29,317 nucleotides of DNA from a virus (lineage: Duplodnaviria > Caudoviricetes). Below are positions 6,499-15,265 of this stretch, piece after piece. Location: IMG/VR virus record IMGVR_UViG_3300032335_000427, positions 1-29,317 of that record. One strand, 5' to 3'. The position numbers were made by a program, and so were the translations under genes. The notes below the pieces were generated by a model. That model was not told where the DNA came from. It searched no databases and saw only the letters and a program-made list of their open reading frames with translations. Every line of letters starts with the position of its first letter. The stretch's first letter is position 1.

Positions 6499-8943
6499 AT
6501 GGCTGACCCGAAAAAGATCTCGCAGCTTACGACGGCGGGTCCGCTTACGGGCGTCGAGCTTCTGCCTATTGTGCAGAATAGCGGCACCCTCCAGACCACC
6601 GTCTCTGCTGTCGCCATCTTCGCCACCAGCACGCTCTCTTCGAATATCGCGGCAGTTTCCTCGCGCCTCGACACCGTCTCTGCTGCGACTTCCGCCAACG
6701 CTGTCAACATCGCCACGGTCTCGGCAGTCGCCTTCGCTAACGCCGCAGCTATCACCTCTATCAACAACACTGTCAACACCCTCTCGGGGCGCGTCGACGC
6801 TGTCTCTGCGGCCGTCGTCAGCACCAATGCAGTCGTCTCGGCGCTTTCTTCTGCGGTGGTGCAGGTCCAAGCCTCCATCTCCGCTATCAACTCGGCGCTC
6901 GCGGCCATCGACGTTTCGGCCCTCGTCGCTCTCGAATCCCGCGTCTCGACTCTCGAAATCCGCGTAGCCAACGTCTCGGCCTCCGTCAGCGCCCTGCAAG
7001 TCCAAGTCAACGACGTCTCGGCCGCCACCTCCGTCAACGCTGCCGCAATCACCTCCGTAAACAACGTCGTTTCCGCCCTAGAAATCCGCGTCAGCGCGGC
7101 CTCTGCTACCGGCGTCACCAACGCAGCAGCCATTACATCCATCAACAATGTTGTCTCGGCCCTTGAAATCCGGGTCAGCAACGCGTCGGCAGCCGTCGTA
7201 TCGCTCGGCTCTGCCCTCACCTCTACCAACAATATCGTCTCGGCTCTCGAAGTCCGCGTCAGCGCAGTCTCGGCTATCGGGGCTGCCAATGCGGCGGCAA
7301 TCACCTCAATTAACAATGCGGTGTCCGCGCTTGAGATCCGCGTCAGTGCGGCCTCCGCAACCGGCGCCGCTAACTCGGCTGCCATCACCTCCGTCAACGC
7401 CGTGGTCTCGCTCAAAGCCTTCCGCAACGGCGATCACCTTACCAACGTCCAGTACATCGACTTCAACACCACGACCAGCTACGCGCCTACACCGGGCCGT
7501 CTGACGTGGGACATCGAGTCGGGCACTCTCGATCTGGGCCTGACCGGCACCGTCAACCTGCTGATCGGCCAGCGCACCGTCGCCCAAGTCTACAACAACA
7601 GTGGCGTCACCCTGCCCAAGGGCAAGGCTGTTCGTGTCACTGGTGCCCAAGGCCAGCGCCTTACAGGTGCCCTTGCCCAGGCTGACAGCGACGCCGACAG
7701 CATGACCATCTTCGGCATCATGCTGGAGACGGTCTCCGTCAACAACTCCGGCTACGTCGCAACCGACGGCCTCATCAGGAACGTCAACACCCTCGGCTAC
7801 TCCGATGGCGACATCGTATATCTGTCCCCGGTGTCGGCTGGCGAACTGACGCCCACCAAGCCCGAAGCACCCGAGCATCTGGTCCAGATGGGCTATATCG
7901 TCAAGGGCGGCTCTGTCGGCGCAGGCTCCATCTACGTCAAGGTCCAGAACGGCTACGAACTCGGCGAACTCCACGACGTCAAAACCTCTACCAGCACCTC
8001 CCTCGCCGACGGCGAAGTCCTCGTCTACAATGTCAGCGCCAAGGTCTGGACCAACTCCCCGGCCCTTATCAACGCGCAAGCCTCCATCTCCGCACTCAAC
8101 ATCCAGCTTGCTGCCGTCTCGGCCCGTACTTCCGTCAATGCAGCAGCCATTACTTCGATCAACAACGTCGTCTCTGCCCTTGAGATTCGCGTCAGCGCCG
8201 CTTCTGCTACCGGCGTTGCCAATGCTGCCGCTATCACTTCTATCAACAACGTAGTCTCTGCTCTCGAAATCCGCGTCAGTGCCGCTTCCGCCACGGGCGT
8301 CACCAACTCCGCTGCCATCACGTCCGTCAATAACGTCGTGTCGGCTCTCGAAATCCGCGTTAGCTCTGCTTCGGCTGCCGGTGTCACGAATGCCGCCGCG
8401 ATCACCTCCATTAATAATGTGGTCTCTGCGCTCGAAATTCGAGTCAGCACCGTCTCCGCTGCGGTCTCCGTCAACACCGTAGCCATCAACGCAGTCTCGG
8501 CAGCGACCTCCCTCCGCGTCCTCCGCGCAGGCGACCGCATGACCGGTCAGCTTGCCGTTGCAGTCTCGGCCGACCAGATCGGTGTCAGCGTTGTCGGCGG
8601 CCTCGTCGTCACCAGCACCGTCAACTTCACCGGCTCCTCCGGCCTCCTCGTCCACTCCGGCACCACCGCAACCCGGCCCGGTTCGCCGACACCCGGCATC
8701 ATCCGCTTCAACAGCGGCTCCAACACCTTCGAAGGCTACACCTCTGCGACGTGGGGTGCAATCGGCGGCGGAGGTGGAGCAACGGGCGGTGGTACCAACC
8801 AAGCCTTTTATTTGAACGACACGGTCGTCTCGGTATCCTATTCCATTCCGTCCGGCAAGAACGCTGGTACCTTTGGTCCTGTCACCATTGCCACGGGCGT
8901 GACCGTCGAAGTGCCGTCCGGCTCGACGTGGACTGTGGTGTAG
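6499..8943 (+). CDS. Long coiled-coil tail fibre/spike protein
   Basis: 814 aa. N-terminal MADPKKISQL, two blocks of 28-aa heptad repeats, a central globular beta domain, and a C-terminal module homologous to 2979-3518. Confidence 0.85.
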   Translation: MADPKKISQLTTAGPLTGVELLPIVQNSGTLQTTVSAVAIFATSTLSSNIAAVSSRLDTVSAATSANAVNIATVSAVAFANAAAITSINNTVNTLSGRVDAVSAAVVSTNAVVSALSSAVVQVQASISAINSALAAIDVSALVALESRVSTLEIRVANVSASVSALQVQVNDVSAATSVNAAAITSVNNVVSALEIRVSAASATGVTNAAAITSINNVVSALEIRVSNASAAVVSLGSALTSTNNIVSALEVRVSAVSAIGAANAAAITSINNAVSALEIRVSAASATGAANSAAITSVNAVVSLKAFRNGDHLTNVQYIDFNTTTSYAPTPGRLTWDIESGTLDLGLTGTVNLLIGQRTVAQVYNNSGVTLPKGKAVRVTGAQGQRLTGALAQADSDADSMTIFGIMLETVSVNNSGYVATDGLIRNVNTLGYSDGDIVYLSPVSAGELTPTKPEAPEHLVQMGYIVKGGSVGAGSIYVKVQNGYELGELHDVKTSTSTSLADGEVLVYNVSAKVWTNSPALINAQASISALNIQLAAVSARTSVNAAAITSINNVVSALEIRVSAASATGVANAAAITSINNVVSALEIRVSAASATGVTNSAAITSVNNVVSALEIRVSSASAAGVTNAAAITSINNVVSALEIRVSTVSAAVSVNTVAINAVSAATSLRVLRAGDRMTGQLAVAVSADQIGVSVVGGLVVTSTVNFTGSSGLLVHSGTTATRPGSPTPGIIRFNSGSNTFEGYTSATWGAIGGGGGATGGGTNQAFYLNDTVVSVSYSIPSGKNAGTFGPVTIATGVTVEVPSGSTWTVV
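7036..7410 (+). repeat. 84-nt (28-aa) coding tandem repeat, block 1 (~4.5 copies)
   Basis: Unit NAAAITS(I/V)NNVVSALEIRVSAASATGVT, with degenerate copies upstream. Confidence 0.9.
8137..8472 (+). repeat. 84-nt (28-aa) coding tandem repeat, block 2 (4 copies)
   Basis: Same unit as block 1, near-identical at the protein level. Confidence 0.9.
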
Positions 8944-8963
8944 TGAGGAAGGTGAGAATCTGC

Positions 8964-8992
8964 TTGCATTCCTTTTTCACCCCGGCTAGAGT
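8964..8992 (+). promoter_or_regulatory. sigma70-type promoter upstream of the ATPase/packaging operon
   Basis: TTGCAT (8964-8969), 17 nt, TAGAGT (8987-8992). SD AGGAG 9006-9010, ATG 9016. Confidence 0.65.
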
Positions 8993-9015
8993 GGGCTCCT
9001 AACCAAGGAGCAGCC

Positions 9016-10503
9016 ATGAGCGACAAGATCAACCGCGTCCAGCTTCTCAACGACGCGAAGCTTCACCTGACGCCGTGGACCACCGAAGACGGCCGCCTGT
9101 TCCTCGACTACACCGAAGCCGGCATCCGCCGCACCCTGTCCATCGCGCCCGCCGGCCACTGCGATTTCCGTGGTTGGTTCAGCGCCTTTTGCGTGGACAC
9201 GGCCGGGCACCTGCCCAACGGCGACCTGTCCAGTGCGGCCCAGACCTACTTCTCGCATTGGGTACGCTCCAAGGGCCAGAAGGTCAAGGACTACATCCGC
9301 GTCGGCGGCAAGCTTGGCGACCTGTACCTCGACATTGGCAACGACGCCAACGACGCATGGCACATCAGCGCCAACGGCATCACCAAGGTCCCGGGCGGCC
9401 CTACCCACATCCGTATGCTTCGCGGCGCCGGCATGCTGCCCCTCGTCGAGCCCGACCTCTCCGTCCCAGCATCCGAGTTCCCGCGCCTTCTGAAGCAGTT
9501 CGTGGCCGCCGATGACGACACGCTCATGCTCCTTGTGGCATGGATTCTGGGCTGCCTGCGCCCCGAAGGTCCCTACCCCGTCCTCACCATCTCGGGCGAG
9601 CAGGGCTCCGGCAAGTCTACCATCCTGCGTCTGATGCGCCGCATCATCGACCCGCACGCACTCGACATGCGCACCCCGCCCGAGGACCAGCGCGACCTGC
9701 AAGCCATGGTCCGCAACTCCTTCGTCCTCGCCTTCGACAACGTGTCGCACATCACCAACAAGATGTCCGACGCCCTCTGTGTCATCAGCACTGGCACCGG
9801 AGCCCAAGGCGGTCGAGCCCTCTATACCAATGCCGAGGAGTCCGCTGTCCGCGTCTGCCGACCCGTTGCCATGAACGGCATCCCTGACGTCGTTGAGAGG
9901 GGCGACCTTGTGGACCGCTCCATCCATGTGCATCTGCCCCGCATCGATCCCAAGTTCCGCCGGGATGACAGCGAGTTCTGGGATGCCTTCCACGCCAACC
10001 ATGCCCAGTTGCTGGGCTCCCTCATGAATGCTGCGTTGATTGCTACGCAGAACTATGGTAATGTGGTGCTGGCTGAAAAGCCCCGCATGTCTGCCTTTGC
10101 GGTGTGGGCCGTAGCTGCCGAGAAGTCCTTTGGGTGGCCGGAGGGTCGCCTCATGGAAGTCTATAAGCGGAACCGGTCTGCCGCCGAGAGCCACATGCTG
10201 GAGTTCCATGGCATGGCCTCTGCTATGCTGCGTATGATGGAAAAGCAAAAGGAGTTCTCTGGAACCTATTCGGACCTGATCGGCCAGTTGGAAATGAACA
10301 TCGGCCCCCGCGAGAAGCTGCCGCAGACCTCCCACAGCTTTGCTGCGGAACTCCGGCGCATTCGCCCTGCCCTCGAACGTCACGGCCTTCGCTTTTATAG
10401 TGCCGGGCGTTCCAGCAGCGTGACGCAGAAGGGTCGGTCCCGCATTTCCATCGTCCGCGTCGACGAGGAGGATACAGCCGCACATGAGCAAAAAGAAGCC
10501 TGA
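9016..10503 (+). CDS. P-loop NTPase, probable replicative helicase (SF3/primase-associated type)
   Basis: 495 aa. Walker A GEQGSGKST, Walker B-like VLAFDN, R.LYTN.E, MNGI and DLVDRS (sensor/Arg finger-like). No primase domain is evident. Confidence 0.7.
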   Translation: MSDKINRVQLLNDAKLHLTPWTTEDGRLFLDYTEAGIRRTLSIAPAGHCDFRGWFSAFCVDTAGHLPNGDLSSAAQTYFSHWVRSKGQKVKDYIRVGGKLGDLYLDIGNDANDAWHISANGITKVPGGPTHIRMLRGAGMLPLVEPDLSVPASEFPRLLKQFVAADDDTLMLLVAWILGCLRPEGPYPVLTISGEQGSGKSTILRLMRRIIDPHALDMRTPPEDQRDLQAMVRNSFVLAFDNVSHITNKMSDALCVISTGTGAQGGRALYTNAEESAVRVCRPVAMNGIPDVVERGDLVDRSIHVHLPRIDPKFRRDDSEFWDAFHANHAQLLGSLMNAALIATQNYGNVVLAEKPRMSAFAVWAVAAEKSFGWPEGRLMEVYKRNRSAAESHMLEFHGMASAMLRMMEKQKEFSGTYSDLIGQLEMNIGPREKLPQTSHSFAAELRRIRPALERHGLRFYSAGRSSSVTQKGRSRISIVRVDEEDTAAHEQKEA

Positions 10504-11212
10504 CGAGCCCTACGTTCCCGTAGTTTCGACGAAGCCCAAGCCGGACCACCTTGTGCGAAAGGAGAAGGCGGATCGTGCGCGCAAGCCCAACCGCCTCTCG
10601 CAAGGCATGCGGCAACGGCAGTACCGTCGCGAACTACGGGAACTTAATATCCACCAGCCTAAGCGAGCCGTCACCAAGCAGCACGTCGAGGCGATCCGCT
10701 CCATCAAGGACCAACTCCGCGAGACGTGGCACGCGCATTGGGACAAGGTGGAACGCTTCAAGAACCTGACCCCGAAGCAGGTGGAGTTCGCTCGCCAGTA
10801 CGCCCTGAACGGCCGGACCAACAAGTGCGGTGCGGCCCGGCTCGCCGGCTACGACACCAACAACTACAACATCCTGCTCCGCATCGCCAACAAGAACTTG
10901 GCCCTTCCGCACTTCCACGATCTAGTGACCGCATTCGAAATCGAGGAGAAAGCCCGCATGAAGATCAACATCGAAGACGTCGTCAAGTGGTTCAACGACA
11001 TTGCCACGGCAGCCATGCAGACCGGTGACTTTACCAACGCCAACCGCGCCATGGAGAACCTTGCCAAGTACTTGGGCATGTTTGTGGACAAGAAGGAAAT
11101 CACCCACCGCACCGTCCACTCCAAGGAGGAACTGGACACGCGGATCGGGGAACTGACTGCCATCCTGCGTGAAGCCGAGCCGGACCTTGAGCGCAAACTC
11201 CGCATCAACTAG
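10484..11212 (+). CDS. terS: Terminase small subunit
   Basis: LTPKQVEFARQYALNG...AARLAGY helix-turn-helix motif and A.RAMENLAKYLGMF. Lies immediately before terL. SD GAGGAGG. Confidence 0.8.
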   Translation: MSKKKPDEPYVPVVSTKPKPDHLVRKEKADRARKPNRLSQGMRQRQYRRELRELNIHQPKRAVTKQHVEAIRSIKDQLRETWHAHWDKVERFKNLTPKQVEFARQYALNGRTNKCGAARLAGYDTNNYNILLRIANKNLALPHFHDLVTAFEIEEKARMKINIEDVVKWFNDIATAAMQTGDFTNANRAMENLAKYLGMFVDKKEITHRTVHSKEELDTRIGELTAILREAEPDLERKLRIN

Positions 11213-12742
11213 TCAGGACGCTCTCCTCCAACTCAAGGCAGAGCTAGCAGAGGCCCTCCACCAGAAGGCCGTCATCGAGGCGCAAGACCGTTTCTACGTC
11301 TTCGTCAAGTTGCTAGCTCACCTTATGTTGGACGGTAATGACTACCGCGACGGGCGCCACATCGAAGCCATTGCCGCTACCCTCGAAGACGTTGACGAGG
11401 GCTCAGTCGCCCGTCTCATGCTGGCTTTGCCGCCGGGTTCCATGAAGTCCGTCCTCCTCATGCTGTTCGCCGCGTGTCCTTTGGCCGCAACCCGACGTGG
11501 CGCATCATGTGGATTTCGCACACCACCGACAAAGCGGTCGAATGTTCGGGCCGCATCCGGGACCTGCTCCGCTCCCCCGAATACCTCGAAATCTTCCCCG
11601 GCGTCCAGATCCGCGACGACATGTCTGGCGTCACCGGCTGGAAGCTGACCTCCGGCGGCTCCTTCCTCCCAGCAGGCGCGGGCAAGTCCATCGCCGGTTA
11701 CCGCTTTAATCTGGGCATCCTCGACGACCCCCTCTCGGAACAGACCGCCAAGTCCGACACCGAGCGCGAACGGGTCAACAACTGGTACGGCCCCGGTTTC
11801 CGCTCCCGTAAGCTGCCCGACTCCCGGATCATTTTGGTGAATACGCGCTGGCACGTCCGGGACCTTTCCGGCTTCCTGCTCGACAAGGCTGCCCGCAACG
11901 CCAAAGTCGACCAGTGGGAAGTCATATCGATTCCGGCCATCCTCGACAAGGCCGCAGCCGACTACCTGATGCTGCCCGAGGGCACGTCCTACTGGCCCGA
12001 ATACATCACCATGGAGGACCTGACGGCCACCCGCGAGAGCCTTGCCCGCTCTGACTGGGGCGCCCTGTACATGCAGACCCCGGTCGGGGACGACGGCAAC
12101 GTCTTCACAAAGGACGACTTTCAGGACTGGGACGAAGAAGAACCCCCCGAGTGCGACGAGATCATCCAGACCCTCGACACGGCCTTCAGCACCAAGGCTA
12201 CGGCCGACTACTCCGTCATCCAGACTTGGGGCATCTTCCACCTTTCCTACACCGATGACCAAGGCTACGAATATCAGGAGCCCAACGCCATCCTCCTGAA
12301 CCAGGTGAGGGGCCGGTGGACATTCCCCCAACTCCGCACCATTGCCAAAGAGCAACATGACCTCTTCAGGCCGGACAAGATGGTAATCGAGAACAAGGCT
12401 TCCGGCCAGTCCCTCATACAAGACTTGAAGCTTAACAAGCTGCCGGTATTGCCTTTCCAGCCTGATCGTGATAAGCTAGCCCGCGCTCATGCAGTTACAG
12501 GCATTATCGAGCGGCAGCGCGTTTGGATACCTCTCAAGAAGAAGTACGCCGCCGAACTGCTGCAAGAGGCTTTGGAATTCCCCAAGGGCGCCCATGACGA
12601 CTCGGTCGACGCCATGGTCATGGCGCTCCTCTACTTGCGTCGTCGTTATGAACTGACCCAAGAGACCGTCAGCAAGCCTGACCGCGCCAGCCGGCGCAAG
12701 CCCTTCCGTAGCTACTGGAGCCAAGTGACCAATGTCCGATAA
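11169..12742 (+). CDS. terL: Terminase large subunit, interrupted by a single-base frameshift at ~11475-11476
   Basis: The first frame carries GRHI and Walker A variant LPPGSMKS. The second frame carries ISHT, Walker B ILDDP, TRWH..DL.G, and the RNase H-like nuclease DTA...D.S, IE.KASG, FP.GAHDD.VDA. Inserting one G (GCG TG[G] TCC) joins the two. Start uncertain (GTG 11169 or TTG 11187). Confidence 0.9.
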
Positions 12743-15077
12743 CCCGATCCTCGCCGACGACAACCCCGAACTCGAATTCGAGTTCTCGGAGGAAACCCTC
12801 ATTGTCATTCCCGACGAGGAAGTGATCGAGGTCGACATGTCCTTCGGGGCCAACCTTGTCCCTATGCTGGACCAAGCCGTCGTCGACGACATCGGCTCCC
12901 AGCGCCAAGACGTCCATACCTCCTTCAAGAACTCCCGTCAACAGTGGGAAGAGAAGATCAAGAAGGGCATCCAGTGGCTTGGCCTGAACACGGAAGGCGA
13001 GGGCAACACTGAGGTCGACGGGGCCTGCACGGCGGTCCACCCCCTCCTGATCGAGAACGTGGTCAAGTTCCAGGCCAAGGCCATTCAGGAGTTGTGGCCT
13101 GCGCGCGGCCCTGTCCGTACCCGCATTCTGGGCTACACCGACCCGACCCGCGAACAGGCTGCCGCCCGCGTCAAGTCCTACATGAACCACCAACTCGTGG
13201 ATCAGGTGGCCGGCTTCTACTCCGATCTGGAGCGCAACCTGTTCCGCGTTGGCTTCATGGGCGTCGGCATCCGCAAGGCTGGCTGGAACGCCACCACTGG
13301 CACACCTGACCCGGCCGTCGTTTACGCCGAAAACTTCTATATCGACCCGGCCGCGACCCACCTCAAGGACGCCGAAGAGTACATCGAGGTGATGGAACTC
13401 TCGCCCCGCAAGATGAAGAACCTCGTGGACAGCGGGACTTTCATCAAGCCGGACGAGAACGACTCCGAAGAAACCCTTGAGCCCAACGAAATCACCGAGG
13501 CCATCGCCCGCGCCCAAGGCTTTGATTTGTCCCTTGAGCGCAAGGGCTTCACGGTCGGCGAGGCTCACTGCTACCTCGACCTCGAAGGCGCTGACCCCTT
13601 CCTGCCCGAGGGCGGCTCTGCTCCTTACATCGTCCACTTCAACACGAAGACGGGCAACGTCTACTCCATCAAGCGCAACTGGCGTGAAGGCGATGCTGCC
13701 CTTCAGAAGCGCATTTGGTACACGGTCGACCACTGCATCCCGGCCTTTGGCTTCTGGTCCCTTGGCTACGTCCACCTGATCGGCGACCTCGCCGCTTCCG
13801 CTACCGTGGCCCTGCGCTCGCTGGTGGACTCGGGGCAGTTCGCCAACTGGCAGGCCGGCTTCAAGTCGCAGGACGCCAAGTTCTCCGACTCCGACACCCC
13901 TCTCGGTTTCGGCGAATGGCGCGACGTCAACTTGTCGCCCGAGGAACTGTCGAAGGCGTTCGTGCCGCTGCCGGCCAAGGAACCCTCCCAGACCCTGCTC
14001 ACGCTGCTCAAGTTCATGGTGGACAGCGGCCAGAAGTTTGCCGATGCTGCCGACGAGGTGGTGGCTGGCGCCTCCAACTACGGCCCTGTCGCTACGACGC
14101 TGGCCCTCCTTGAGACGTCGCAACGCTTCTACTCCTCGATCCACAAGCGCCTCCACCAGAGCCAGGGCGAGTTCCTGAAGCTGATCGGGGAACTGAACTT
14201 CGAGAACCTGCCGGACGTTGTCAACTTCGTAGTCAACTCCGAGAACCAGTACGTTCGGCGCACGGACTTCGACCCGTCCATCGTCGACGTGCTGCCGGCC
14301 TCTGACCCCAACGCCATGACGGAGTCGCAGCGTGTCGCTCGGGCCCAAGTCGAGTTGGAGATGGCGGCCCGCTTCCCGCAACTCCACGACATGAACGAGG
14401 CGCTGCGTCGCTTTTACTATGCCATGGGCACCGAGAACATCGATAAGCTGCTGATCGATCCGGCTGCCAAGGCCATCAGTGCGGACCCGCTGACCGAAAT
14501 CCAAGCGGCTATGACGGGCAAGCCCATCAAGGCGCAACTGGGTCAGAACCACACTGCGCACATTGCGGTGAAGGAAGCCTTCCTGAAGTCGCCTCAGATG
14601 CAGGGCACCAACGACCCGACTATCGCCGTTGGCCTCCAGCTTCTGAACTCTAATATTGCCGAACACAAGGTGCTGATGTTCGTGGCGCAGGCGGCGCTTC
14701 TGGCCCAGCAGATGGGCATGCCCATCCAAGACGAGAACGTGCAGGCCCAGATCGCTACCCAGCTTCTGATGATGTCGGCCCAGTCGGGCATGGGCGGCGC
14801 TGGCCCCACTGTGGAGCAGCAGATGGTCGAACTGAACAAGCAGGAGCTTGCCCTGTCGGCCGCCCGTATCCAGTCGCAGGATGTTCGCGAAGCTGCCCAG
14901 ATCGCCCTCAAGAACCGCGAACTGGATCTGAAGGAAGCCTCCATGCTGCTCGACTCGGAGGACAAGAAGAAAAAGAACCAGATCGCAGCTTCTGGAAAAA
15001 TACTTGATAGTTCGGCCAAACTAGCGGATCTTCAAGCTGCAACCCTAGCACAGAGGGCTAACCAAGGGGCTGTATGA
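12732..15077 (+). CDS. Portal protein (large, P22-like with C-terminal coiled-coil barrel)
   Basis: 781 aa directly after terL. Shows F.ANL, HPLL.E.VV.FQA, MN.QL, GF...G..HLIG, KEPS.TL, PV.TTLALLE, S.IHKRLH and a long helical Q/E/K-rich tail. Confidence 0.88.
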   Translation: MSDNPILADDNPELEFEFSEETLIVIPDEEVIEVDMSFGANLVPMLDQAVVDDIGSQRQDVHTSFKNSRQQWEEKIKKGIQWLGLNTEGEGNTEVDGACTAVHPLLIENVVKFQAKAIQELWPARGPVRTRILGYTDPTREQAAARVKSYMNHQLVDQVAGFYSDLERNLFRVGFMGVGIRKAGWNATTGTPDPAVVYAENFYIDPAATHLKDAEEYIEVMELSPRKMKNLVDSGTFIKPDENDSEETLEPNEITEAIARAQGFDLSLERKGFTVGEAHCYLDLEGADPFLPEGGSAPYIVHFNTKTGNVYSIKRNWREGDAALQKRIWYTVDHCIPAFGFWSLGYVHLIGDLAASATVALRSLVDSGQFANWQAGFKSQDAKFSDSDTPLGFGEWRDVNLSPEELSKAFVPLPAKEPSQTLLTLLKFMVDSGQKFADAADEVVAGASNYGPVATTLALLETSQRFYSSIHKRLHQSQGEFLKLIGELNFENLPDVVNFVVNSENQYVRRTDFDPSIVDVLPASDPNAMTESQRVARAQVELEMAARFPQLHDMNEALRRFYYAMGTENIDKLLIDPAAKAISADPLTEIQAAMTGKPIKAQLGQNHTAHIAVKEAFLKSPQMQGTNDPTIAVGLQLLNSNIAEHKVLMFVAQAALLAQQMGMPIQDENVQAQIATQLLMMSAQSGMGGAGPTVEQQMVELNKQELALSAARIQSQDVREAAQIALKNRELDLKEASMLLDSEDKKKKNQIAASGKILDSSAKLADLQAATLAQRANQGAV

Positions 15078-15265
15078 GACTACTATCAGAGTACGCAGCA
15101 GAAGTCCAGAAACGTATTGACCGGGAAAAGGATGCCTTAGCCCGGGGCGCCGCCAAGTCTTACGACGAATATGCGAAGGCTTGCGGCACCATACACGGCC
15201 TAGGTCTTGCCGTGACTATCCTCAAAGACCTCTTCGAGCAAACTCCTGTGGAAGAAAGGGACTGA
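15074..15265 (+). CDS. Small conserved phage protein between portal and GroES
   Basis: 63 aa, helical, with Y..Y...CG.IHGL motif. ATGA/TGATG overlaps with both neighbours. Confidence 0.75.
   Translation: MRLLSEYAAEVQKRIDREKDALARGAAKSYDEYAKACGTIHGLGLAVTILKDLFEQTPVEERD

Noticed and set aside
7036-8472. 84-nt repeats as a CRISPR array or DGR template/variable repeat pair
   Set aside because: They are in-frame coding repeats without unique spacers. Differences are synonymous rather than adenine-specific, and there is no reverse transcriptase or cas gene in the window.
2979-8943. Invertible (shufflon-type) fibre switching
   Set aside because: All cassettes are complete genes on the same strand, and no recombinase or flanking inverted repeats were seen.
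8943-8980. Terminator after the long fibre gene (GTGAGGAAGG/CCTTTTTCAC)
   Set aside because: Pairing is possible, but the loop is long and irregular and the U tract is inside the stem. Too weak to call.
10943-10960. Internal in-frame start in terS (GAGGAG then ATG 10958)
   Set aside because: GAGGAG is simply Glu-Glu codons, and there is no independent support.
11169-11648. Treating 11169-11648 and 11474-12742 as two separate genes
   Set aside because: The motifs are continuous across a 1-nt indel, and the tail of the first ORF after FAA is out-of-frame nonsense.
12669-14729. Long minus-strand ORFs (e.g. 12669-14729, 7306-8802, 8986-10491, 15160-16614, 17761-19305, 28288-29304)
   Set aside because: They are antisense shadows of high-GC3 plus-strand genes, with no recognisable motifs or RBS.
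15181-15264. Extended GroES N-terminus from TTG 15181
   Set aside because: It overlaps the 63-aa upstream gene. ATG 15265 in a TGATG junction is the more plausible start.
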